53,083 bases of DNA from Ignavibacteria bacterium (GTDB lineage Bacteria; Bacteroidota; Ignavibacteria; Tepidaquicellales; OLB5): assembly GCA_043744495.1 (NCBI GenBank), contig JAYTUN010000162.1, forward strand, positions 1-53,083, in the 5' to 3' direction. Below, one piece after another: positions 37,759 to 46,615 of this stretch. The notes below the pieces were generated by a model. That model did not search any database, was not told where the DNA came from, and worked only from the letters and a program-made list of their open reading frames with translations. The translations under genes and the position numbers were made by a program. Each line of letters starts with the position of its first letter. Within the stretch, counting starts at the first letter, position 1.

Positions 37759-37907
37759 GTAGAGATAGGGTGTAATGGCAGGTACTCACAATTGCCTGCT
37801 TTCCCCATGCAGTGTGCATGGGGTGCAGCGCAAATAGAAAAAAGAATATGTGTTTACACCGTATAATATTTCAAGCCGATGCTGTGTGCAGCCCCGAGTG
37901 CTCGGGG

Positions 37908-40013
37908 TTACTTCTGCAACATGAGTTTTTTTGTCTGAATAAAATCACCTGCTTTGAGCTGATAAAAGTAAACACCACTTGCCAGATCACCTGCGTTTAA
38001 GGTGACTTGATATGTTCCGGGTGTTAAGAACTCATTTACCAAAGTGGATACTTCTTTTCCCAATATATCATGAACCCTCACTGAAACAAAAGTACCTACA
38101 GGCACTGTAAAGCCAATAATAGTGCTTGGGTTGAAAGGATTGGGATAGTTTTGAGCCAGTCCAAACTCTGTTGGTAATTCCGATGAGATATTCTGCAAAG
38201 AAACCATTTCAGATACCGGGCGTTTCCATACTCCGGTGCCCCATGTCCCTGCGAAGAGATTTACTCCTGAAACAGCAAGAGAAATAACATAATTATTGGT
38301 TAAGCCTGTACCAACCTCGGTCCAGCTTATGCCGTTATTGGCAGAATGAAAGACCCCAAGCCTTGTTCCGGCGAAAAGGCTTGTACCTGAGGCAACAATG
38401 GCAAAAACATCTAAATTTGTCAGTCCTGAATTTACCGCAGACCAGCTTGTGCCGTTGTTGGTAGAAAGAAAAACACCGCCATAATTAGTTCCTGCAAAGA
38501 GATTTGTTCCTGAGAAAGTAAGAGCCTGGATGGAAGTATTAGTAAGACCTGAATTTACCGCAGTCCAGTTCGTGCCGTTGTTAGTGGAAAGAAATACGCC
38601 GCTGCTGGAAGTACCAGCAAAGATATTCGTACCCGAAACAGCAAAAGCATAAATTAAAGTATTTGTTAAGCCTGAATTTACCTGGGTCCAGCTTGTGCCG
38701 TTATTTGTTGAAAGGAATACGCCTCCGCCAAAAGTACCGGCAAAGATATTTGTACCCGAAACTGCAAGAGCACGGATATACCTGTTTGTTAAACCGGTGT
38801 TGATTGAATCCCAGCTTGTGCCGTTATTTGTAGATATATATATACCGCTGCCATCTATCCCTGCAAATAGATTTGTGCCGGATGCTACAAGTGCATAAGC
38901 AACAATATTTGTATTTATTAAACCGGAATTTACCGCAGACCAGTTTGTGCCGTTGCTTGTTGTAAGAGAGACACCGCCGCCGAAAGAACCTGCAAAAAGA
39001 TTTGCACCTAAAACAGCAAGGGCATAAACATCAGTACTTATCAATCCGGAATTTGCGGCAAGCCAGCTTGTGCCATTGTTGGTGGTACGATAAACACCGT
39101 CACCTTCTGTACCGATGAAGATATCTGTACCAGAAACAGTAAGAGTACTAACCTTAGTGCTTGTTAAACCTGAGCTGACCTCTTGCCAGCTTGTGCCACT
39201 ATTGGTTGAAAGAAACACGCCTCTGCCGGTAGCCCCTGCCATGCTGGATGTCCCTGCAAATAAATTCGTTCCGCTGACTGTGAAAGCCTGCACATTTTTG
39301 TTTGTAAGACCTGAATTGGATGCAGCCCAGCTTGTTCCATTATTTGTGGATATGTAAACGCCATCGCCATGAGTTCCGGCAAATATGTTTGTTCCCAAAG
39401 CTGTAATGGCATAAATGCTGCTGGTTATCAGGCCGGAATTTGCCAAAGTCCAGCTAGTGCCGAAGTTGGTTGTAAGATATACACCGCCCAATGTTGCAGC
39501 GAAGAGATTTGTACCTGAGAAAGCAAGGCCATAAATGCTTGAATTTGCCATGCCGGAATTTACGAGAACCCAGCTTGTGCCGTTGTTAGTGGATAAGAAT
39601 ACTCCGCCCCCGCTGCCTACAGTTCCGGCAAAAAGATTCGAGCCGGATACTGCAAGCGAAAAAACAGACCGACTTCCTATGCCGGAGGTAGCTGAGCTCC
39701 AGCTTGTGCCGTTATTGGTGGATAGAAATACTCCGCCCCCAAAGGTTCCCGCGAAGATATTTGTACCTGAAATAAGAATGGACCGAATATTAGAATTGGT
39801 AAGTCCGTTGTTTACCGGAACCCAGCTTGCGCCACTGTTAGTGGAAAGATACATACCAAACCACGTGCCGACAAAAATATTTGTGCCGCTTGATGTTGAA
39901 CAGTAGATTCTGCCACCGGTGGGTCCGCTTGTCTGGGTCCATTGGGCGCCGAGCTCACCTATTTGAAGCATGAAGAGTGCGCAGCTTAGAAAAATTAAGC
40001 GTAATGATTTCAT
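37908..40013 (-). CDS. T9SS-sorted secreted protein with 13 BNR/Asp-box-like propeller repeats
   Basis: Signal peptide, 13 units of about 47 aa (GVFLSTNNGTSW..NSGLTN..I.ALAVSGTNLFAGT), and a C-terminal Por/T9SS tail (NYPNPFNPSTII..GVYFYQLKAGDFIQTKKLMLQK). Confidence 0.88.
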   Translation of the reverse strand: MKSLRLIFLSCALFMLQIGELGAQWTQTSGPTGGRIYCSTSSGTNIFVGTWFGMYLSTNSGASWVPVNNGLTNSNIRSILISGTNIFAGTFGGGVFLSTNNGTSWSSATSGIGSRSVFSLAVSGSNLFAGTVGSGGGVFLSTNNGTSWVLVNSGMANSSIYGLAFSGTNLFAATLGGVYLTTNFGTSWTLANSGLITSSIYAITALGTNIFAGTHGDGVYISTNNGTSWAASNSGLTNKNVQAFTVSGTNLFAGTSSMAGATGRGVFLSTNSGTSWQEVSSGLTSTKVSTLTVSGTDIFIGTEGDGVYRTTNNGTSWLAANSGLISTDVYALAVLGANLFAGSFGGGVSLTTSNGTNWSAVNSGLINTNIVAYALVASGTNLFAGIDGSGIYISTNNGTSWDSINTGLTNRYIRALAVSGTNIFAGTFGGGVFLSTNNGTSWTQVNSGLTNTLIYAFAVSGTNIFAGTSSSGVFLSTNNGTNWTAVNSGLTNTSIQALTFSGTNLFAGTNYGGVFLSTNNGTSWSAVNSGLTNLDVFAIVASGTSLFAGTRLGVFHSANNGISWTEVGTGLTNNYVISLAVSGVNLFAGTWGTGVWKRPVSEMVSLQNISSELPTEFGLAQNYPNPFNPSTIIGFTVPVGTFVSVRVHDILGKEVSTLVNEFLTPGTYQVTLNAGDLASGVYFYQLKAGDFIQTKKLMLQK

Positions 40014-40383
40014 TGGAGTTACTCCTTTTTATGAATGGGTAATAATGTTATTACTCACAATTGTTCGTTTATACGAACTATATAAATTTATACTGAATTG
40101 TAACGAATAACAAGTTGTATATACCATGAATAACTAACTATATAGTTGATATTAGGGAAATACGCGGAATCTGCTCTAATATTGCTATTAATCACTTATG
40201 TCAAAAACACTCATAATATGGCATTCGTAGTTAGAAATTTAAAACAGCAAATATTTCAATTAAACCAAGAGCCGGCAGGGAAATATTTATTGATATGGAG
40301 AAGAAATGAGAGTGTAGTTAATATTTTTAACTTTATTATTTTGAGAACATATAAATTAGAAAATAAACAATGCTTTATTGTAA

Positions 40384-40998
40384 CTAAGGTTCTATACCTA
40401 GAATTAACAATGGGACGGGTGGACTATTCCTGCCCTGCCTCATAACATTATATACTTCGCCTTCATAATAAGCAACACCACTGCTCATTTGAGCTTGCAT
40501 TTTTTTGGTTGGGAGAATTTCTATACCAAGATTAATTACTCCACCAGAATAAAACAACATATGTTTAACAAATAAGTCAAATGCTACGAATGCATATTTT
40601 TCAAACTGTACTTCAACCGCAATTTTATTTTTAACGAAATCTGTTTGATTATAGCTATAAATAGGTTCTTTCTCACCATTTTCGATCAGAAATTCTTTCT
40701 GTTCTTTTGCCGTCATTCGTACACTTTTTTCCATTAATTCACGGTTAAGTGTTATATAGTAGTTATACCTACTTTCCTCCCACTTTTTTGAATTAAACTT
40801 TTTACAAAACTCTTTATTTAGTTCAATAGGAGATAAAAGACTATTTCCTATTTTTCTTTTTTCTTTGCTAATTTTAGTTCGGAATTTATTAGCATCTATT
40901 TTAGAAATAATATATTTAAATTCATTGTAAAGATTATTATTATGTACAATTAGATACTCTTCGCCATTTAGGTGAGAATATTTTTGAGTAATTTTCAT
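40384..40998 (-). CDS. BglII/BstYI-family type II restriction endonuclease (candidate)
   Basis: DFVKNKIAVEVQF gives D-x8-E-x-Q spacing as in the BglII active site. 204 aa. The ATG overlaps the methyltransferase stop (TAATG). Confidence 0.6.
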   Translation of the reverse strand: MKITQKYSHLNGEEYLIVHNNNLYNEFKYIISKIDANKFRTKISKEKRKIGNSLLSPIELNKEFCKKFNSKKWEESRYNYYITLNRELMEKSVRMTAKEQKEFLIENGEKEPIYSYNQTDFVKNKIAVEVQFEKYAFVAFDLFVKHMLFYSGGVINLGIEILPTKKMQAQMSSGVAYYEGEVYNVMRQGRNSPPVPLLILGIEP

Positions 40999-41972
40999 TA
41001 ATTTTTTAAATTTAGTCCAATTGATTTTTCAGTTCTATTTTTGTGATTTAGCCATTCTTTAGGAATTTGAGTAATCTTGTCATTTTCTTTAGGGATATGT
41101 ATTGGTTTATTAATGGGACTAAATTTTAATTTACCATTATTAAAATCTCTAATTCTTTGATAGGTAATTATACAATAGTTTTCTTCTTTTTCAATACCGA
41201 TTGCATTTCTATTGTTTTTTATTGCACCAAGAATTGTCGATCCAACTCCAGCAAACGGATCTAGTACCCAACTTTTTTCATTGGTTAAAGCAAGCACACA
41301 ACGTTCAACTAGTTCTATTGGAAATTGGCATGGATGATCAGTTTTCTCAGGATGGTTTGATTTTACATTTGGGATATTCCAAATTTCATTCTCCCAATCT
41401 TGTTTAACTATTAGCCAAATATCACTTGGATTTTTACCTAAAGGGTTACCTGATGGTAAACCTTTTTTTGGTCCTTTGAAATGAAGTTTACCTGGATATT
41501 TTGAAGGTACTCTAACTTTATCAAGATTAAAAATGTAATCATCAGTTTTGCTAAACCAAAGTAAAGTTTCGTATCGCCCACTAAATCTATTACTTGCATG
41601 TAATCCATGTCCGAAATGCCAAATAATGCGATTACGCAATTTTAAACCATATTTTTTAAAAATTGGATAATAAAAAATATCTAATGGGTATATTTCTCCC
41701 TTATCAACATAATTCCCAACTTGCCAACAAAGATTACCTTTATTTGAAAGAGTTCGTACTAATTCACTAATAATTTTATCCTGTGTTGCTAAATATTTTT
41801 CAATACTCGTTTTAGTTTCATATGACTTACCAACATTGTAAGGTGGGGATGTTAATATCAAATCGAATTTGTTATCTTCTAGTTTTTCTAATACGGTTAA
41901 GCAATCACCGTTTTTGATTTTATATTCAATTTCGGGATTTATATATTCGAATAGTGTTTCTTTAAGTTTCAT
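40998..41972 (-). CDS. beta-class N4/N6 DNA methyltransferase (SPPY type)
   Basis: Motif IV LILTSPPYNVGKSY near the N-terminus and motif I VLDPFAGVGSTILGA near the C-terminus (permuted beta order). Confidence 0.88.
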   Translation of the reverse strand: MKLKETLFEYINPEIEYKIKNGDCLTVLEKLEDNKFDLILTSPPYNVGKSYETKTSIEKYLATQDKIISELVRTLSNKGNLCWQVGNYVDKGEIYPLDIFYYPIFKKYGLKLRNRIIWHFGHGLHASNRFSGRYETLLWFSKTDDYIFNLDKVRVPSKYPGKLHFKGPKKGLPSGNPLGKNPSDIWLIVKQDWENEIWNIPNVKSNHPEKTDHPCQFPIELVERCVLALTNEKSWVLDPFAGVGSTILGAIKNNRNAIGIEKEENYCIITYQRIRDFNNGKLKFSPINKPIHIPKENDKITQIPKEWLNHKNRTEKSIGLNLKN

Positions 41973-42246
41973 TTTAAATTTAGAATTGATATTAATATGC
42001 TTTTGGTAGTATTTATAATGGCTCTTTAGATTGAATTATACAAAAATATATAGAAATTTGTTTAAAAAGAAGATATAATAATTTATAATAATTATACAGG
42101 ATTATTGGAAATATTTCTCATTTTTATACAAAATTTAATGACAAAAAGCAGTATGTTGTAAGAGTCATTTTTAGAAGAAACTTTAGATATTTTAAAAGTG
42201 ATTACAGTATATAAATCCAGCAAAATAAATAAATCTTGGAGGAAAA

Positions 42247-42447
42247 ATGAAGGTTAAATATGACGCTGAAGTAGATAAAATGAAAATCCAGTTCAATGAC
42301 AGTCCGGTTTCAGAAAGTGATGAAGAAAAAGCCGGAATTATACTGGATTTTGATAAAAATGGCAAGGTTATAGGTATAGAGATACTGGATGCTTCAAAGA
42401 AAATATTAAATTCCAAGTCAGTTGAATATGAAATTGAGGGTGTTTAA
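42247..42447 (+). CDS. DUF2283-family small protein
   Basis: MKVKYDAEVDKMKIQFND..GIILDFDKNGKVIGIEILDASK. Confidence 0.75.
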   Translation: MKVKYDAEVDKMKIQFNDSPVSESDEEKAGIILDFDKNGKVIGIEILDASKKILNSKSVEYEIEGV

Positions 42448-42550
42448 TAAAACAAGCCCCAGTTATCAGGAATATCATTTAATTTATCAAATGATCTGAC
42501 CCAGTCAACAAAAAGCTTTCTGAATTCCTCAATTTCATCTCTAAGCAGTG

Positions 42551-42979
42551 CTATACTACGATTTCCCAATCCTCAATTTTTCCTTTAACAACTTTAAACA
42601 TCGGGTGCGGAAGAATAAACTTGCTGTCCTTGAATTTATCATGAAGCTTTATATCTCTTATTTTCAGCTTACGCATCAGGTGGCTGAATTCGTATTTTAC
42701 CTGGGAGCGTGTTACATTTAAATTGAGTGGTTTTGGTTTTCTGAATTTGCTCTTATCGAAGTTATACCCTCTCTTTAAGGACTCTTCGTAAACAAAACTG
42801 AGATACATATTTATTGCAACAACCGGACGAGGAGAAGCTTTGAAACGTAAAAGCTGGGGATGATTGCGGTACCCTTTTGTTTTGCCTTCTAAAACATGTT
42901 TTGCAAGCAGCGCCTCACGCCATAAGGCAACAAGTCCCTTAGAGTCCAGGTATTTCGGATGAATTGACCATATTCTCAT
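42551..42979 (-). CDS. pyrimidine-dimer DNA glycosylase (T4 DenV / Pyr_excise family)
   Basis: MRIWSIHPKYLDSKGLVALWREALLAKHVLEGKTKGYRNHPQLLRF. Confidence 0.85.
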   Translation of the reverse strand: MRIWSIHPKYLDSKGLVALWREALLAKHVLEGKTKGYRNHPQLLRFKASPRPVVAINMYLSFVYEESLKRGYNFDKSKFRKPKPLNLNVTRSQVKYEFSHLMRKLKIRDIKLHDKFKDSKFILPHPMFKVVKGKIEDWEIVV

Positions 42980-43008
42980 AACTGGTATATGCTAAGCATT
43001 GAAATAGT

Positions 43009-43407
43009 TTAATTTGAATTATAGATGAGAAAAAAAATCAAAGTTAAATATACCCATGTCAAAGAAAATATAATGTGCATAAATGTTTCAAACCTCTTGC
43101 CTTTCCATAATTTTGAGGAGTAAACGAAGAACTGGAAAATGAACCTGATTCCCCAGAATATAAAGAAACCGAATGCTATTTGCCTGCCAAGCGGTGTGTT
43201 AATGATATCATGCGATGAATACAGACAAAAGACACCCATTAAAAATACTGTGAATGCAATGAAAAATGTGTGTACATACATCATTTGCCTGTTGATGAGG
43301 CTTAAAGAGCTAAGCTCACCTTTCCAGCTGAATTGCCTTGGGAATGATGCGTGTATAATTGCAAGAATTATAAGTATTACGCCGATTATCCTAAGATGAA
43401 GTTCCAT
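43009..43407 (-). CDS. four-TM membrane protein, unknown function
   Basis: 132-aa hydrophobic ORF. Its start overlaps the upstream gene by 17 nt. Confidence 0.55.
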   Translation of the reverse strand: MELHLRIIGVILIILAIIHASFPRQFSWKGELSSLSLINRQMMYVHTFFIAFTVFLMGVFCLYSSHDIINTPLGRQIAFGFFIFWGIRFIFQFFVYSSKLWKGKRFETFMHIIFSLTWVYLTLIFFLIYNSN

Positions 43408-44158
43408 TTTTCTTTAATATAAAAATTTTCAGAAATGGTGTTAGTTTAGCAGTTGTTTCAACACTAAGACCCGAATTTTTAAATGTGTAATGCCACGTTG
43501 CTGCGGATAAAAAATGGAAGAAACCGAAATTATATGCAATAAAATTGAAAATATCGCGCTGATGCTCAACTACAATTATTCTGCCCCCGCCGGTTAACGC
43601 ATTACCAAGGTGTTTAAAAAACCGGATCCTTTCATCATCACTTCTGATTTCATGCGCTGCAAGTATAAGGAAAATATGATCAGATGAATTTTCACTTAAC
43701 GGCACATTATTTGTTTCAATGGTAACTGTACCCGGGTATGGCGGGTAAGTTCTGCGCGCTCTTTCGATTGAAACCTCAGTATGTTTTTCAGGATCATAGA
43801 AATCCAGTACAGTTAATTCAGCAACAGGGTATTTTGTCTTTAGAATAGGGCTGATTTCATCGAACCCTGCGTTAATGTTTACAAGCTTTTTATCATTTGT
43901 AATGTTTAATTGTTCCAGGAAGCTTAATGAATAAATATTGGAATAGTCATATATATAATATGATACAGCGAGTGAAACCAAAATACTTAATACAGCCAGT
44001 GAAAGGATAAGATCTGTTAATGCTGATAAACCAGGTGATAAAAATCTTCTGAAAAATAAGATCGTGATTACCAGTATTAAAGCAATTACATAAAAATGCC
44101 AGTTGAAGCGGATGATGTTTGTTACTCCCTGTAATGGTTTTCTCTTCATCCTTTCCAT
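43391..44158 (-). CDS. membrane-anchored class I SAM-methyltransferase-like protein
   Basis: Two N-terminal TM helices, then a methyltransferase-like core (VNINAGFDE.., LTVLDFYDP, SDHIFLILAAHEIR, GGRIIVVEH). Motif I is atypical. Confidence 0.5.
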   Translation of the reverse strand: MERMKRKPLQGVTNIIRFNWHFYVIALILVITILFFRRFLSPGLSALTDLILSLAVLSILVSLAVSYYIYDYSNIYSLSFLEQLNITNDKKLVNINAGFDEISPILKTKYPVAELTVLDFYDPEKHTEVSIERARRTYPPYPGTVTIETNNVPLSENSSDHIFLILAAHEIRSDDERIRFFKHLGNALTGGGRIIVVEHQRDIFNFIAYNFGFFHFLSAATWHYTFKNSGLSVETTAKLTPFLKIFILKKNGTSS

Positions 44159-44883
44159 ATCTCTTTCCTGCCTTTTTTCCAGTGATAAGGTATATTTTCA
44201 ACCATAAAAGCATTAGCTAGGATTATTTCCTTAAAATTTTTATCTTTAATGAAACTAATGTTATCTTTTATTACTTCAACAGGTTTTGGCGTCCAGTTTT
44301 GACGAACTCCTTCAATTATTAGCACTCCCTTGGTTTTTTCGTTATATGTAAATGTAAAAGGTAATGGACCCGCATAACGACGCGCTTCAACCCAATTGCT
44401 AAAGGGTGTATTAGCCGGAAGGCTGATATTTTCATCAGCAGTTCTGACAGAAATATCAAGTTTTGAGATTTCTGAAAAAACTGAAACAATATCCTGGTTT
44501 CTTGTAAATTTAATATCAGTAGTAGTATAATTGTAATGAGTAAAAATGTTTCCCCAAAATTCCATTTTCTTTTTATTGGTTTCGGATTTCAGGATATACA
44601 ATCCCCGAAGATTCTTGCCCGCGTTTGTTTTGTATCTTACAAATACGCGGAAGCCTATTAAGATAAAATCATTACCCATTATCTTTGGCAGTCCTTCGGG
44701 TCGCAAGGCTTTTGTTTTTACCAAAGCAATTGCGATGAAAGCCCATTTGTCATTAAAGGTATCCAGGGTCAGGCATTCAGGTATCATATTCTTAAGCTCA
44801 TCTTTTGCAATTGCATAAGTAAGCAACAGCGAGTTCTCAAAGAATGTTTCAACAGGAAATGGATGATCTTTCAGTGAAAACAT
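44146..44883 (-). CDS. DUF2071 / acetoacetate-decarboxylase-like family protein (tentative)
   Basis: 245 aa. The pattern LLLTYAI..L..MIPE.LTLDTF.DKWAFIAIALV..FRVFVRY..GLYILKSETN resembles DUF2071. The call rests on pattern memory only. Confidence 0.45.
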   Translation of the reverse strand: MFSLKDHPFPVETFFENSLLLTYAIAKDELKNMIPECLTLDTFNDKWAFIAIALVKTKALRPEGLPKIMGNDFILIGFRVFVRYKTNAGKNLRGLYILKSETNKKKMEFWGNIFTHYNYTTTDIKFTRNQDIVSVFSEISKLDISVRTADENISLPANTPFSNWVEARRYAGPLPFTFTYNEKTKGVLIIEGVRQNWTPKPVEVIKDNISFIKDKNFKEIILANAFMVENIPYHWKKGRKEIWKG

Positions 44884-45299
44884 TATGCGGTTTTTGGATT
44901 ATTTATGAATTCATTATAATAAATAACACTCACAAAAATTATAGCAATTACTATATTAAGCCTGCCAAAGAGAAGCATCTCAGGTGCAAGGATAAATTCT
45001 ATTATATTCATTGCCATAACTATTACGATCTGAAAAATTACGCAAAGTCTGCTATATTTCCTGCTTATAACCCAAATGAACATTAAAATTTCCATTACAC
45101 CAATAAACTTTACAGCAATGAAAGAAATATCTGGTCCCAGTATCCGTGCAACAATTTCTCTGTGGCGGGGAACGAGTCCGAGTACCTTGCATATCAAGCC
45201 GTTTATCAACCATACGAAGGAGATTAATACTGTTAGTATTTTTTTTAATACAGGGTTTGTCAAGTAGTAATTATTATTTATCTGATGGATGCCGCGCAT
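44883..45299 (-). CDS. DoxX-like four-TM protein (tentative)
   Basis: LISFVWLINGLICKVLGLVPRHREIV..IGVMEILMFIWVI resembles the DoxX_3 family. Its stop overlaps the next ATG by 1 nt. Confidence 0.5.
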   Translation of the reverse strand: MRGIHQINNNYYLTNPVLKKILTVLISFVWLINGLICKVLGLVPRHREIVARILGPDISFIAVKFIGVMEILMFIWVISRKYSRLCVIFQIVIVMAMNIIEFILAPEMLLFGRLNIVIAIIFVSVIYYNEFINNPKTA

Positions 45300-46152
45300 A
45301 ATTTTTCAATACACCCTCAGCAAGCTCAATTACCCTTGCTCTCAGTTCAGTGGGTTCTATGACCTTCACGCCTTCGCCGCGTGTGACTATCCACCCTGCA
45401 ATTTCATCGAGTGAGTTTACGATTGCCGTGTATTCAATTGAGCCGTCAGGCTTTTCAGTAAATGTTTCGGAATCCAGAAGCTGTTTAGGTTTAAGCCTAT
45501 CAGCCCAGTAGGATGAAAATGATAATCTAATTTTAAATGTATCTTCACCAAGCCAGCTGCGGAATGAATGCTTGAACACATCTTCTATTTTATCTTTTGA
45601 TACCGGTTTAAATGAACGTGGAGATGATTTTGCGTGCAGGATTTTATTCATAATGAACTGTTTTATCCTGCCATCATTCACTGTAAGCAGTCGCCAGTAA
45701 TTATCGGTCTGAAATATTAAAAGCGGGGCGATCTCAAGCGAGCGTTCATAAACATCGGCATCCTTTTCGTAATCAATTACAGCCATTGTGTTCGTATCAA
45801 TGCACATTTGCAGGGTGACCATATTGGCAAGCGCTTCTTCCTTCAGTCGGGAAACAAGCAGGGCGGTGGGTTTTTCTACGAAGCTGTTTGATGTGACAAG
45901 CGAAGAGTATTGTTTTATAAGCTCACGTATTTTTTCAGACGAGGGTTTTTTATCAATTATTACTCCTTTACCTTTTGCGGAGTGTATTACAATTCCCGCA
46001 GAACGAAGATCGTTAAGATCACGCTTTATGGTAAGCTCTTCCACGCCAAAGAGCGCGGCAAAATCACTGAGCGATTTGCCACCGTAATTTTTTGCCAGGC
46101 ATAACCCTAAGATCTCGATCTGCCGCTTAAATTTTATTCTGAAGTCAAGCAT
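45274..46152 (-). CDS. HTH-WYL-WCX transcriptional regulator
   Basis: Start moved to MLDFRIKFKRQIEIL (46152). HTH LSDFAALFGVEELTIKRDLNDLRSAGIVI, WYL-type core NYWRLLTVNDGRIKQFIMNKI, and a C-terminal IAGWIVTRGEGVKVIEPTELR. Confidence 0.8.
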   Translation of the reverse strand: MLDFRIKFKRQIEILGLCLAKNYGGKSLSDFAALFGVEELTIKRDLNDLRSAGIVIHSAKGKGVIIDKKPSSEKIRELIKQYSSLVTSNSFVEKPTALLVSRLKEEALANMVTLQMCIDTNTMAVIDYEKDADVYERSLEIAPLLIFQTDNYWRLLTVNDGRIKQFIMNKILHAKSSPRSFKPVSKDKIEDVFKHSFRSWLGEDTFKIRLSFSSYWADRLKPKQLLDSETFTEKPDGSIEYTAIVNSLDEIAGWIVTRGEGVKVIEPTELRARVIELAEGVLKNYARHPSDK

Positions 46153-46437
46153 AGAGTGCAAAATAAGCGCAAATTTATGGTAAATCACGGGATAATTTTT
46201 TGCATACATACCTATCCATAGGAAGCTCTGTTTTGCTACAAGTACAAACATAAGGTCTTTGTAAGGGGGACTTTTGCTTTGTGAGACAGGTTGCAAACCT
46301 GCCTCTACTGAAATATTTTGCTAAAAACAGCAACAATTCATTAAATGTCGGGGATTATAAAAAGTATCATTGAATGATACACATAGGGCATTTTTGCAGG
46401 ATATATTTGTAGAGTAATTAAGAAAGGAATAAATCAA

Positions 46438-46572
46438 ATGGTATCACTAAAGAATTTTGTAGAGGACTTAAGGGAAGAAAGGCGCGAGCAAAACCAGCGC
46501 GGCTTAATAGCCATAACTTTAACGCTATCAGTATTTTTCCTTGCGCTCAGCATCTGGGTTTCATCATTATAA
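46438..46572 (+). CDS. 44-aa tail-anchored small membrane peptide (not in the ORF track)
   Basis: ATG preceded by aaaggaa. Reads MVSLKNFVEDLREERREQNQRGLIAITLTLSVFFLALSIWVSSL: a charged N-terminal half and a single C-terminal TM helix. Ends 44 nt before the next gene. Confidence 0.45.
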   Translation: MVSLKNFVEDLREERREQNQRGLIAITLTLSVFFLALSIWVSSL

Positions 46573-46615
46573 ACGAAAATAAAACAGAAGAATTTAAATT
46601 CAAAATTTTATAACC

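Noticed and set aside
38695-39906. Antisense ORFs inside the T9SS repeat protein gene
   Set aside because: They are periodic, Pro/Val-rich mirror translations produced by the 13-fold DNA repeat.
40146-40445. 99-aa plus-strand ORF
   Set aside because: It has a TTG start in AT-rich DNA, overlaps the 3' end of the restriction gene, and has no motif.
42455-42570. Short minus-strand frame reading ..ALLRDEIEEFRKLFVDWVRSFDKLNDIPDNWGLFY that overlaps the end of the glycosylase gene
   Set aside because: It looks protein-like and could be a remnant of a displaced gene. It is under 45 codons, has no start, and I cannot assign it to a family. tblastn would be needed.
46153-46296. N-terminal 48-aa extension of the WYL regulator ORF
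   Set aside because: The extension starts at a non-ATG codon and has no similarity to the HTH. The HTH begins a few residues after the Met at 46152.
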